Of a DNA stretch of 64,000 nucleotides, positions 36,435 through 45,005 are shown piece after piece. The stretch comes from an uncultured Candidatus Saccharibacteria bacterium (GTDB taxonomy: Bacteria; Patescibacteriota; Saccharimonadia; Saccharimonadales; Saccharimonadaceae), in contig CALFHE010000016.1 of NCBI GenBank assembly GCA_937875955.1, positions 15,712 to 79,711 on the forward strand, in the 5' to 3' direction. Each line of letters opens with the position of its first letter. Within the stretch, counting starts at the first letter, position 1. The notes below the pieces were generated by a model. It saw only the letters and a program-made list of their open reading frames with translations, did not search any database and was not told where the DNA came from. The translations under genes were made by a program, and so were the position numbers.

Positions 36435-36495
36435 CCCGTCAGGACTACCGCTTTGAGGTCTATTAGATCTTGGCAGTAGCTCCTGGCGGGTTTTT
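36435..36495 (+). terminator. Cassette F intrinsic terminator, abutting the tkt C-subunit stop codon
   Basis: CCCGTCAGGACTACCGC pairs imperfectly with GCAGTAGCTCCTGGCGGG and is followed by TTTTT. Confidence 0.65.
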
Positions 36496-37457
36496 CACTG
36501 GAGAAAATTGACAACACTATGAACAATTGAATCAACATCCAAACCGTGCTTTTTCCACAATTCAGACATTTTGCCAGACTCGCCGAATGTATCATTAACG
36601 CCGATTCGCTTCATCTTCACCGGCAAATTCTCACCAAGAACTTCTGCCACGCTTGAGCCAAATCCGCCGGCAATCTGCCCTTCTTCCGCCGTAATGACGG
36701 CTTGGCATTTTTGAGCTGCGTCAAGTATCGCATCCTCGTCCAGCGGCTTAATCGTCGGAAAATGAATCACTTCCGCCTGAATGTCATATTCATTCGCGAG
36801 CTTTTCTGCTGCCAACAACAATTGATAAGTCATCACACCAGCTCCAAACAAAGCAACATCTTTACCACACCTCAGCGTGTAGCTTTTTCCAATCTCAAAA
36901 GTAGATTGGTTTAAGAATAACGGCGTTTTTTCTCTTGGCAATCTTACGTAATTCGGGCGTTTATCTCCAGCCATTGCCGCTGCCATTAGCTTGGCCTCAT
37001 TAGCATCACCGGGCGCCAAAACCACCATATTAGGCAAGCTTCGCATCAGCGCAATATCTTCCAGCATTTGATGTGTCGCACCGTCTGGACCGACATTTAA
37101 CCCGGCATGAGAACCCACCAGCTTAACTGACTGATTGTTCAAACAAATAGTCGTTCGAATCTGCTCCCAATTGCGACCCGGACTAAACGCCGCATAACTG
37201 GCCGCAAACGGAATATTTCCCATAGCCGCCAACCCAGACGCCACGGTTACTAAATTCTGCTCCGCCACGCCAACTTCAATTGCCCGCGGCTTCCCGATTT
37301 CCTCATAAAACTTACCAAAGCCAACGCTTTCCATCAAATCCGCGCTCAGCGCCACCACCAAATTATTCTTCTTCGCAATATCCACCAAGCCTTCGCCAAA
37401 ACCCATCCGAATTGCCGCAAGTTCCAAATTCTGCCAATTCTCCATTAAGAAACTCAT
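36495..37457 (-). CDS. Transketolase, C-terminal subunit
   Basis: Pyrimidine-binding and C-terminal domains in a split-gene arrangement with the upstream subunit. Confidence 0.9.
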   Translation of the reverse strand: MSFLMENWQNLELAAIRMGFGEGLVDIAKKNNLVVALSADLMESVGFGKFYEEIGKPRAIEVGVAEQNLVTVASGLAAMGNIPFAASYAAFSPGRNWEQIRTTICLNNQSVKLVGSHAGLNVGPDGATHQMLEDIALMRSLPNMVVLAPGDANEAKLMAAAMAGDKRPNYVRLPREKTPLFLNQSTFEIGKSYTLRCGKDVALFGAGVMTYQLLLAAEKLANEYDIQAEVIHFPTIKPLDEDAILDAAQKCQAVITAEEGQIAGGFGSSVAEVLGENLPVKMKRIGVNDTFGESGKMSELWKKHGLDVDSIVHSVVNFLQ

Positions 37458-38290
37458 TCTCTGCCTCCTTCACTCAATTGAGCAAGCGCTCGCTCCGCCT
37501 CCTCAACGTTTGGAGATTTTCCATGCCAGCGATAATCGTATTCCATAAAATCAACGCCACGACCAGGAATTGTATGCGCAATTATCACGCTCGGCTGCCG
37601 AGAATTCTTTGACTTATCAATCGCCTGAATTATCGCCAAATGATCATGCCCGTCAATTTCCTGCGCATCCCAGCCAAAACTTCGCCATTTGTCCGCCAAA
37701 TCCCCTAGCGGCATCACCTTTTCCGTATCGCCACCAATCTGAATATTATTTCTATCAACAATCGCAATCAAATTCGACAGATTATATTTTTTCGCAAACA
37801 TCGCCGCTTCCCAAATATTCCCTTCATCCAGCTCGCCGTCGCCCAAACTGCAGTAAACAAATCGCTCAGAATTGCCACCCAAATATTGCAATGAATACGC
37901 CATGCCGGCCGCCTGACTCAGGCCGCAGCCCAGAGGACCGCTAGTCGTTTCAATTCCCGGTAAACTGCCGCGTTCTGGATGACCTTGAAGCTTGGAGCCA
38001 AATTTTCGCAAATTAGCCAACTCTTTTTTATCGAAAAATCCCCGCTCCGCCAGCGTCGCATATAAAAGCGGCGCATAATGACCGTTGCTCATTACGAAAA
38101 TGTCCCGATCTTCCCAATTAGGATTCTCAGGATCTAGTCGCATGGCGTGAAAATACAAAATCGCCATAACGTCAGCGAATCCCAAGCAGCCAGCCGAATG
38201 ACCCGAACCAGCTTCGGATAACTCACAAATAACAGACTTTCGCAGCTGTTGCGATATTTTCTTCAATTTCACTATTTGGTCGACATCCAT
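37454..38290 (-). CDS. Transketolase, N-terminal (TPP-binding) subunit
   Basis: GHSAGCLG and GDGELDEGNIWEA TPP-binding motifs. Confidence 0.9.
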   Translation of the reverse strand: MDVDQIVKLKKISQQLRKSVICELSEAGSGHSAGCLGFADVMAILYFHAMRLDPENPNWEDRDIFVMSNGHYAPLLYATLAERGFFDKKELANLRKFGSKLQGHPERGSLPGIETTSGPLGCGLSQAAGMAYSLQYLGGNSERFVYCSLGDGELDEGNIWEAAMFAKKYNLSNLIAIVDRNNIQIGGDTEKVMPLGDLADKWRSFGWDAQEIDGHDHLAIIQAIDKSKNSRQPSVIIAHTIPGRGVDFMEYDYRWHGKSPNVEEAERALAQLSEGGRE

Positions 38291-38940
38291 TAAAGCACGC
38301 TCGTTTTATTAATCTCCTGTTGCAATCTGGAGAAAATGGCGCGAGGATCTGACGATTTCTGAATAACGCCGCCAACGTTCAGAACGTTAACACCGCCCTG
38401 GACCAAACTATACGCATTATCTACCGCCACTCCACCGTCCCAACCGATTTCAACACTAGGATTAATAGCTTTAATAAGTCGTATTTTTTCTAGTTGCATA
38501 AGACTAGCAGTTCCACCAAATCGCCCCAGCTCACCGCTAAAAATCATCACATGATCTGCTATTTTTATCAATTCCTCAACGGTTCGTGGCACTGTCGGCT
38601 TTAGTAGCGCTAATCCCGCCATAATTCCAGCTTGACGAATCTGCATAAGCGCAGCCTTCACATCTCCCGTCGCTTCCGCGTGAATAATAATCATATGTGG
38701 CCTCAAGGCAATTAACTTCGGAACATAGTCAGAAACATCATTAACCATTGCGTGAATATCAATCATCCAACCCTCTGGCGCCCATAATTCTGGAATTCCG
38801 ACAGTCAACGTCGGAGCAAATTCACCGTCAGAAATGTCAATATGCACACGCTCAACAAGCCCGGTTATTTTATTAACTTGCTCTTTGTATTGTTCGGCAT
38901 TTTCCGCCAAAATTGCTGGTGCGATTACAGAATTACTCAT
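38290..38940 (-). CDS. rpe: Ribulose-phosphate 3-epimerase
   Basis: HIDISDGEFAP and related TIM-barrel motifs. Confidence 0.8.
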   Translation of the reverse strand: MSNSVIAPAILAENAEQYKEQVNKITGLVERVHIDISDGEFAPTLTVGIPELWAPEGWMIDIHAMVNDVSDYVPKLIALRPHMIIIHAEATGDVKAALMQIRQAGIMAGLALLKPTVPRTVEELIKIADHVMIFSGELGRFGGTASLMQLEKIRLIKAINPSVEIGWDGGVAVDNAYSLVQGGVNVLNVGGVIQKSSDPRAIFSRLQQEINKTSVL

Positions 38941-39389
38941 GACAATTCGTCCAATTGCGCATTACGCCTATTAAATCGCGGAGCATTCGCATAAGGAGTG
39001 TTCAGCCATGTTTCCACAATTCCCTTCCAAGCAGACTCATTGTCTTCCAGAACTCGCGCCGGCAAACATAAAACATTTGAGTCGTTATCTTGGCGTGTCA
39101 TCTTTGCCTCAAACGCATCCCAAATCACGCTGGCACGAATTCCCTTAAAGCGGTTCGCCGCCATACACATTCCTTGACCGCCGCCGCAAATTAATATCGC
39201 ACGCGGATCTTCGCTATCATCACCAATGACCTTCAATGCCGCCGCCTGCGCGAATTGCGGAAAATCGTCATCAGGATTTAATTCTACACCGCCGACGTCT
39301 TGAACGTCATAGCCATTCTTAACCAAATAGGCAAAAACTTTTTCCTTCAATATAAAGCCACGATGGTCAGATCCGAGGTAGATTTTCAT
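38937..39389 (-). CDS. rpiB: Ribose-5-phosphate isomerase B
   Basis: RpiB/LacA/LacB family with the ILICGGGQGMCMAANR motif. Confidence 0.85.
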   Translation of the reverse strand: MKIYLGSDHRGFILKEKVFAYLVKNGYDVQDVGGVELNPDDDFPQFAQAAALKVIGDDSEDPRAILICGGGQGMCMAANRFKGIRASVIWDAFEAKMTRQDNDSNVLCLPARVLEDNESAWKGIVETWLNTPYANAPRFNRRNAQLDELS

Positions 39390-39464
39390 AATTTTAGTAT
39401 AAGCGTTTTCGGTGATTTTTGCAAGGAAAAGTTAGGTATTTTATCAGAGGTAGGGTGTAGATAT

Positions 39465-39532
39465 TTGACAAAAAGTATTGACATTTTGTGGCTGGTATGA
39501 TATATATATCAGCTTTTCAAACCGTGAAAAGC
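39465..39532 (+). promoter_or_regulatory. Cassette C promoter plus 5'-terminal stem-loop
   Basis: TTGACA at 39465 and 39478, a 17-nt spacer, TATATA at 39501-39506, and the hairpin GCTTTTC/GAAAAGC at 39512-39532. Two more leader hairpins lie at 39537-39558 and 39559-39587. Confidence 0.6.
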
Positions 39533-39613
39533 AACTAACCGGGGAGTTCACCCCGGTTGAGGTCGCGGTTCTGAAAGGCCGCACCTCAAAAATTTCTCTG
39601 GAAGGAGAAAGTT

Positions 39614-40036
39614 ATGTCCACTGCCGTTCTGACCGTGGCCATTAGCGTCACGCTCATTGCTGGACTGCTTGCTTTCACCATCGTGTCACTGTACAGACAC
39701 CGACTGTCGACGGCGGCCCTGTCGGCGGCGGGGCTGTTCGCAACGATCCATATCACGTTCGTCGCCCTGGCTTGGTCGGAGCTGGCGATCGCGTACCTGG
39801 ACGCACCTCTGACGGTGCAACGGTGGGAGGTGGCGTGGCCGCCAATCTCGTCTTTGTCGACGATGATATACGACGCTCCTGCCTGGGCGGCCATCATTTC
39901 TTTCATGATGAGCGTCGTGCTCGGAGCCATTGAATGGAAGCGTAGGAGAGCCGCCGAAAGGGAGATGGCGGCCTTCTTGAAGTACCTCTTTGGGGGCAAT
40001 GAGGACACTAAGCCTGAGAAGTCCGAGGAGGACTGA
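39614..40036 (+). CDS. Cassette C membrane protein (140 aa, about 4 TM helices, acidic tail)
   Basis: ATG after GGAAGGAGA. Third codon positions are very GC-rich, and hydrophobic helices are followed by KRRRAAEREM...EKSEED. Confidence 0.65.
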   Translation: MSTAVLTVAISVTLIAGLLAFTIVSLYRHRLSTAALSAAGLFATIHITFVALAWSELAIAYLDAPLTVQRWEVAWPPISSLSTMIYDAPAWAAIISFMMSVVLGAIEWKRRRAAEREMAAFLKYLFGGNEDTKPEKSEED

Positions 40037-40109
40037 GATTGAGATGCTCCGCGCCAGCAGAAGGCGCGAGACAATAAGTATTCTGTGAAACCGCCGGAAA
40101 TCCCGGCGT

Positions 40110-40145
40110 CCCCGCACTGTCATAGTGCGGGGTTATTTCCTTTTT
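40110..40145 (+). terminator. Cassette C intrinsic terminator
   Basis: CCCCGCACT-GTCAT-AGTGCGGGG is followed by TTATTTCCTTTTT. It is preceded by two further hairpins (40048-40070, 40091-40108) and ends 12 nt before the gap stop. Confidence 0.75.
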
Positions 40146-40156
40146 GGAAGATGTCC

Positions 40157-41179
40157 TTATTCACTCTTTTTCAGATAATACGCCACATCCGCCACCAGTT
40201 CAACCAGCCGGTTCGAATAGCCCCATTCATTATCGTACCAGACCATAACCTTAATCAAATTACCACCAACTACCTTCGTCAACGGAAGATCGACAATTCC
40301 AGAATATGAATTGCCAATGAAGTCGCGGCTGACTAAAGGTTCCTCGGAAACACCCAAAATGCCTTGATAGAAATTACTCTGGGCGGCTTTTTTGAACGCG
40401 TCATTTACCTGCTCGACAGTCACATCTTTCCTGAGAAGCGCCGTCACATCACTAAGCGACACCACTGGAGTCGGTACGCGCACGCTAAGTCCGTCAAATT
40501 TTCCGGTTAACTGCGGCAAGGTTTTAGTTACAGCAATTGCGGCGCCAGTCGTAGTCGGGACAATGTTTTCGGCGGCGTTACGACCTTCCCTAAGATCCTT
40601 GGATGGCGCATCCTGAAGCTTTTGACTAGCAGTATAACTATGCACCGTCGTTAGCATTGACTTTTCAACGCCAAACTCCGCGTCCAAAATCGCCATAACC
40701 GCACCCAAAGAATTGGTCGTACAGCTAGCGTTAGACACGATTGGCGTCGCGTTTTTTACCTTGTCGTCGTTAGTTCCCAAAACAATCGTATCGACTCCCT
40801 CAGACTTCGTTGGACCACTGATAACCACACGCTTTGCGCCAGCCGTTAAGTGCTTGCCCGCACCATCTTTATCGGTAAAAAATCCCGTCGATTCAATCAC
40901 CACATCAATATTCAAATCTCGCCACGGCAGATTTTCTGGATCTTTCTCAGCCAGCACCTTAACCGGCTTACCCTCAATAATCAGCTCTTTTTCCGTAAAA
41001 TCAACTTGACGTCCGTACTCGCCGTAATTGCTATCATGCTTCAACAAATACGCCAAAGTTTTCGTGTCAGTCAAATCATTGATCGCAACAATTTCCAAGT
41101 CGCTTCGCTCGTTAGCAATCTTAAACGCATTGCGTCCGATTCGCCCGAAGCCGTTAATTGCTATTCTCGTTACAGCCAT
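40157..41179 (-). CDS. gap: Glyceraldehyde-3-phosphate dehydrogenase
   Basis: INGFGRIGR and SNASCTTN motifs. Confidence 0.95.
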   Translation of the reverse strand: MAVTRIAINGFGRIGRNAFKIANERSDLEIVAINDLTDTKTLAYLLKHDSNYGEYGRQVDFTEKELIIEGKPVKVLAEKDPENLPWRDLNIDVVIESTGFFTDKDGAGKHLTAGAKRVVISGPTKSEGVDTIVLGTNDDKVKNATPIVSNASCTTNSLGAVMAILDAEFGVEKSMLTTVHSYTASQKLQDAPSKDLREGRNAAENIVPTTTGAAIAVTKTLPQLTGKFDGLSVRVPTPVVSLSDVTALLRKDVTVEQVNDAFKKAAQSNFYQGILGVSEEPLVSRDFIGNSYSGIVDLPLTKVVGGNLIKVMVWYDNEWGYSNRLVELVADVAYYLKKSE

Positions 41180-41237
41180 ATCGCCCTCCCTGTTAGATAT
41201 TTTCGCTTTAGCTTTTTTTAATTATACTACAAAGTTG

Positions 41238-41243
41238 TATAAT
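41238..41243 (+). promoter_or_regulatory. -10 box placed 6 nt before the rel ATG; leaderless signature
   Basis: TTGTATAAT, then ATAAAT, then ATG at 41250. Confidence 0.5.
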
Positions 41244-41249
41244 ATAAAT

Positions 41250-42767
41250 ATGACGCGCGAAGAGTTATTGTCAATTGCTGAACAAAAATACGACGAAGTG
41301 CCAGTATTAGTTTTAGCGAGCGCAATCGATTACGCCACGGAAAAGCACGCTGGGCAAAAGCGCAAAAGTGGCGAACCCTACATAAATCACCCATTGGCGG
41401 TGGCGGGAATTCTAATTGAATGGGGCATGGACATCGATACGGTTGTGGCAGGAGTTCTGCACGACACCGTTGAAGATACCGACGCGACTTTAGACGATTT
41501 GGAAAGTTTGTTTGGACGCGATGTGGCGTTTCTGGTGGATGGCGTGACTAAAGTTTCACAAGCTCGCGCCGGGATGCGAAACCTGGATAGTTATTTGCCA
41601 CACACGAAGGACAATTTGACCAAGTTGATGATTGCCGTGGGCGAAGATGTGCGCGTGATAATTATCAAGCTAGCCGACCGCCTGCACAATATGCGAACGC
41701 TACAATTTATGACACCAGAAAAGCAGAAAAAAATTGCCAGAGAAACAATTGAAGTTTTTGCGCCGCTGGCTGACCGCTTAAATATGGGACGAGTTCGTGT
41801 TCAATTGGAGGAGTTGAGTTTTAGATATTTGATGCCGAAAGCTTTTCAAGAAACCAAAAATTTGATGGACAGTCGACTGAAAAAATCGCAACGAAAATTG
41901 GATCACGTTCGCCGCGAAGTTGAAGCGCGACTGAAGGCGGAAAAGCTAGTTTTTCAGATGGACGGGCGCGTTAAGAGCGTTTATAGTCTGTTTAAGAAAT
42001 TGGACAAAGTTGGCGATATTGATAAGATTTATGATTTGATTGCCCTAAGAATAATTGTTGATGATTTATCGACCGGCTATCTGGTCTTGGGAATTTTACA
42101 TGATATGTACCAGCCCATGTATGAAAGGATAAAAGATTACGTTGCCAATCCAAAGCCAAATGGCTATCAAAGCCTGCACACAACCGTACAAACTCCGAGC
42201 GGACAAATTGTCGAGTTCCAGATTCGAACCAAAGAAATGCACGAATACGCCGAGCGTGGATTAGCGGCTAGTTTCCATTATAATGAGCAAAAATTGACCG
42301 ACGCCTATAAAAAAGGAAAAATCGGAACTATGCCAGCCGATTTATCGTGGATTCGCGAGCTTCAAGAAGCCGCCGCTTTAATTAGCGAAGGAAAGCGGTT
42401 CGACTCCAACAAATTCCGAATGAAGCTGTTTTCTGATAGGATTTTCGTGTACTCACCAAAGGGCGACATTTATGATTTGCCTCGCGGAGCGTTTCCCTTG
42501 GATTATGCCTATCGAATTCACTCCGACATCGCGGCGCGCGCAAGTGGATTTAAGATCAATGGAGTGATGAAACCGTTCAATTACAAATTGCAACACGGCG
42601 ACACAATTGAAGTCTTAACAAGCAAATCCGCTCGTCCAAAACCAGATTGGCGAGACGTCATAATTACGCCACACGCCAAAGATAAATTACGCTTACAATT
42701 ATCCCACTCAAACGGCATCTTACAACAATTAACTGGCGGCGTTTCCTCGTTCTTCCGACACAAGTAA
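41250..42767 (+). CDS. rel: RelA/SpoT-homologue (p)ppGpp synthetase/hydrolase (HD, synthetase and TGS domains)
   Basis: HD motif HDTVEDT, the synthetase region, and a TGS-like C-terminus. I rejected the N-terminal extension shown in the ORF track. Confidence 0.9.
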   Translation: MTREELLSIAEQKYDEVPVLVLASAIDYATEKHAGQKRKSGEPYINHPLAVAGILIEWGMDIDTVVAGVLHDTVEDTDATLDDLESLFGRDVAFLVDGVTKVSQARAGMRNLDSYLPHTKDNLTKLMIAVGEDVRVIIIKLADRLHNMRTLQFMTPEKQKKIARETIEVFAPLADRLNMGRVRVQLEELSFRYLMPKAFQETKNLMDSRLKKSQRKLDHVRREVEARLKAEKLVFQMDGRVKSVYSLFKKLDKVGDIDKIYDLIALRIIVDDLSTGYLVLGILHDMYQPMYERIKDYVANPKPNGYQSLHTTVQTPSGQIVEFQIRTKEMHEYAERGLAASFHYNEQKLTDAYKKGKIGTMPADLSWIRELQEAAALISEGKRFDSNKFRMKLFSDRIFVYSPKGDIYDLPRGAFPLDYAYRIHSDIAARASGFKINGVMKPFNYKLQHGDTIEVLTSKSARPKPDWRDVIITPHAKDKLRLQLSHSNGILQQLTGGVSSFFRHK

Positions 42768-42809
42768 CGCTCGCCAGTCTCTCGGTTTTAATCAATAATC
42801 AAACGCGAT

Positions 42810-43340
42810 TTATTTTTCATTCCAACGAGTAATTGACTCGCGGATGATTTGCTTTGCTCTTTCTACGTCGCCGAATCCCTTGACTACTGTTGAGCCAGGC
42901 TTCTTCAAATCCTTGTAGTGATTGAAATGGTGCTCAATTTGCTTCAACAATTGTGGAGGTAGGTCTTCTAGTGAATTGATTGCGTTGCCAGTGTTTCGGT
43001 CGTCGGCTGGTACAACAATAACCTTGTCGTCAACTTCATTATCGTCAACAAATTCCAGCACGCCGATAACCTTTGCTTCCATAAAAATACCGGTCGTCAA
43101 CGGTTCGTCAGTGATAATTAGCGCGTCCAATTCGTCGCCGTCTTCATCCAAAGTCTGCGGAATGAAACCGTAGTTTGTTGGCTTTGCAAAAATAGCTGGC
43201 TCAACACGGTCCAACTGCATCACCGCAAGCTCACGATTCCACTCAATTTTATGACTTGATCCCTGCGGAATTTCAACAACTACATTTACGATGCCGTTTT
43301 CGACATCACCAGGTGTTAAAATTTGATTAAAATCTGCCAT
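42810..43340 (-). CDS. ppa: Inorganic pyrophosphatase (family I)
   Basis: VVVEIPQGSSHKIEWN and DGDELDALI motifs. The start at MADFNQ is 4 nt after the trxB stop. Confidence 0.9.
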   Translation of the reverse strand: MADFNQILTPGDVENGIVNVVVEIPQGSSHKIEWNRELAVMQLDRVEPAIFAKPTNYGFIPQTLDEDGDELDALIITDEPLTTGIFMEAKVIGVLEFVDDNEVDDKVIVVPADDRNTGNAINSLEDLPPQLLKQIEHHFNHYKDLKKPGSTVVKGFGDVERAKQIIRESITRWNEK

Positions 43341-43344
43341 CTTT

Positions 43345-44277
43345 TTACTCCTCTCTGGCCTTTTCTTGTAAATATTCACGAATCTGCAGCGCTGCCACCG
43401 CACCTTCACCAACTGCCGAAGCGATTTGCATAGTTGCCCCCGAGCGTACATCGCCAGAAGCAAAAACGCCAGGAATATTAGTGTGCAGATGTTCGTCAGT
43501 AATGATGTGTCCACCCAAATCCAACTTAACGTCCGAGTTTACCAGGAATTGCGTGTTCGGAATTAGCCCGATAAACACGAATAACCCATCAGCGGTAAAT
43601 TCTTTCTGCTCGCCGTTTTGGGTCGATTTAACGCCGTAAAACTTATCATCTTTGACAATAATTTCATCAGTCGCTGCACCGATGTGAACGGTAATTTTTC
43701 CATCATCGACATACTTCTGCAAATCTTTTTGCAAGATATCACTGGCGCGCAACTTACTGCGAACCAGCAGATCAATATGACTAGCGTATCGCGTCAAAAA
43801 TATCGCCTCTTGCACTGCTGAGTTTCCACCACCGACAACGATTAGATTTTTATCACGATAAAACGCGCCGTCACAAGTTGCGCAGTAATGCACGCCTCGA
43901 CCATATAATTCGTCTTCGCCCGGAACGCCTAATTTGCGGTGATTCGAGCCAGTCGCCAGCAAAACTGACTTCGCGCGAACAGATTGACCGTCAATTGTCA
44001 ACTCCAACTCGCCATCAACTTGCTTCAATTCCGTCACGTCACCATACTCAATCTTCGCACCAAATCGCTCCGCCTGTTGTTGCAATTCAGACGCCAATTT
44101 CATTCCCGTAACGCCCTCAGCAAATCCAGGATAATTGTCAATTTGATCAGTAATCGCCGCCATTCCGCCGACCACGCCACGCTCATACAATGTCGTATCG
44201 ACATCTTCACGCGACAAGTAAATTGCCGCCGTTAACGCGCTTGGACCAGCGCCAACAATAACAACATCTTTAGACAT
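43345..44277 (-). CDS. trxB: Thioredoxin-disulfide reductase
   Basis: GAGPSALTAA FAD site, the CATCDG redox centre, and GGGNSAVQEA. Confidence 0.9.
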   Translation of the reverse strand: MSKDVVIVGAGPSALTAAIYLSREDVDTTLYERGVVGGMAAITDQIDNYPGFAEGVTGMKLASELQQQAERFGAKIEYGDVTELKQVDGELELTIDGQSVRAKSVLLATGSNHRKLGVPGEDELYGRGVHYCATCDGAFYRDKNLIVVGGGNSAVQEAIFLTRYASHIDLLVRSKLRASDILQKDLQKYVDDGKITVHIGAATDEIIVKDDKFYGVKSTQNGEQKEFTADGLFVFIGLIPNTQFLVNSDVKLDLGGHIITDEHLHTNIPGVFASGDVRSGATMQIASAVGEGAVAALQIREYLQEKAREE

Positions 44278-44947
44278 TGAAACCTCGCGATCGATAATAT
44301 TGCTTCATCACTTCTGGCATTTCTGGCTCTGGAATATCGGCTGGCTTTTCAATAGCCATCACCACGAACTTAAGTGGAGAATTTGCAGGAATTTTATCGC
44401 CCTGAGCTTTGTCACCGTAAGCCTTGTTGGCCGGAATTGTTAATTCACGCACGCCGCCAATTTTCATACCAATCAAACCCTCTTTCCAACCCTGAATGAC
44501 TGCAGTATTTGCCGGTCCATCCATATTGAGCGGAGCTTTCAGTTTGCCGTCAGCGATTGATTGATCGAAAATCTCACCCTTCGCGTTCCAGCCAATGTAA
44601 TAAACAGCCAATTTGGTGTCGTCCTTAACTTCAGCGCCTTCGCCCTCAACCAAATCTTCCTTAACAAGCTCTTTCACATCACCGGCTTCAAACGCGCCAA
44701 CTCGTGAACTAAACTCAGAAAACTTGCCGTAATATTTTTGGCTCAATTCATTAGCCTGAGCCTCTACTTTCTTTTTTCGCTCGTTAGTAGCCTTGGTGTA
44801 TTCATCCTGAGCTTTCTTAAGCGCGGCTTGGTCCTTGGCCTCATTTCCAGGAGCTACCATCATAGCGACAAATCCGCCAACGGTCCCTAAAAACATCATG
44901 CCGGCAATAACCCAAATACCTATTCTCTGGCCTTTTGTAGTTGCCAT
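44270..44947 (-). CDS. Membrane-anchored FKBP-type peptidyl-prolyl isomerase
   Basis: An N-terminal TM helix and an FKBP_C-like C-terminus (GWKEGLIGMKIGGVRELTIP). Confidence 0.8.
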   Translation of the reverse strand: MATTKGQRIGIWVIAGMMFLGTVGGFVAMMVAPGNEAKDQAALKKAQDEYTKATNERKKKVEAQANELSQKYYGKFSEFSSRVGAFEAGDVKELVKEDLVEGEGAEVKDDTKLAVYYIGWNAKGEIFDQSIADGKLKAPLNMDGPANTAVIQGWKEGLIGMKIGGVRELTIPANKAYGDKAQGDKIPANSPLKFVVMAIEKPADIPEPEMPEVMKQYYRSRGFNV

Positions 44948-45005
44948 ATTCCTCCTTTATTTACCTTTCAATTATAGCAATTTTTATCAAACGCAACAAA
45001 TCACA

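Noticed and set aside
39586-40123. Two long minus-strand ORFs (162 aa and 145 aa) overlapping cassette C
   Set aside because: They are Arg/Ser/Ala-rich translations typical of antisense frames in very GC-rich coding DNA. They have no start context, and the plus-strand ORF has a promoter, an SD, clear TM helices and a terminator.
41028-41249. N-terminal 74-aa extension of the rel ORF in the track
   Set aside because: The extension overlaps the gap gene's 5' end and promoter region on the other strand and is compositionally odd. A TATAAT-6 nt-ATG start at 41250 yields a normal Rel N-terminus.
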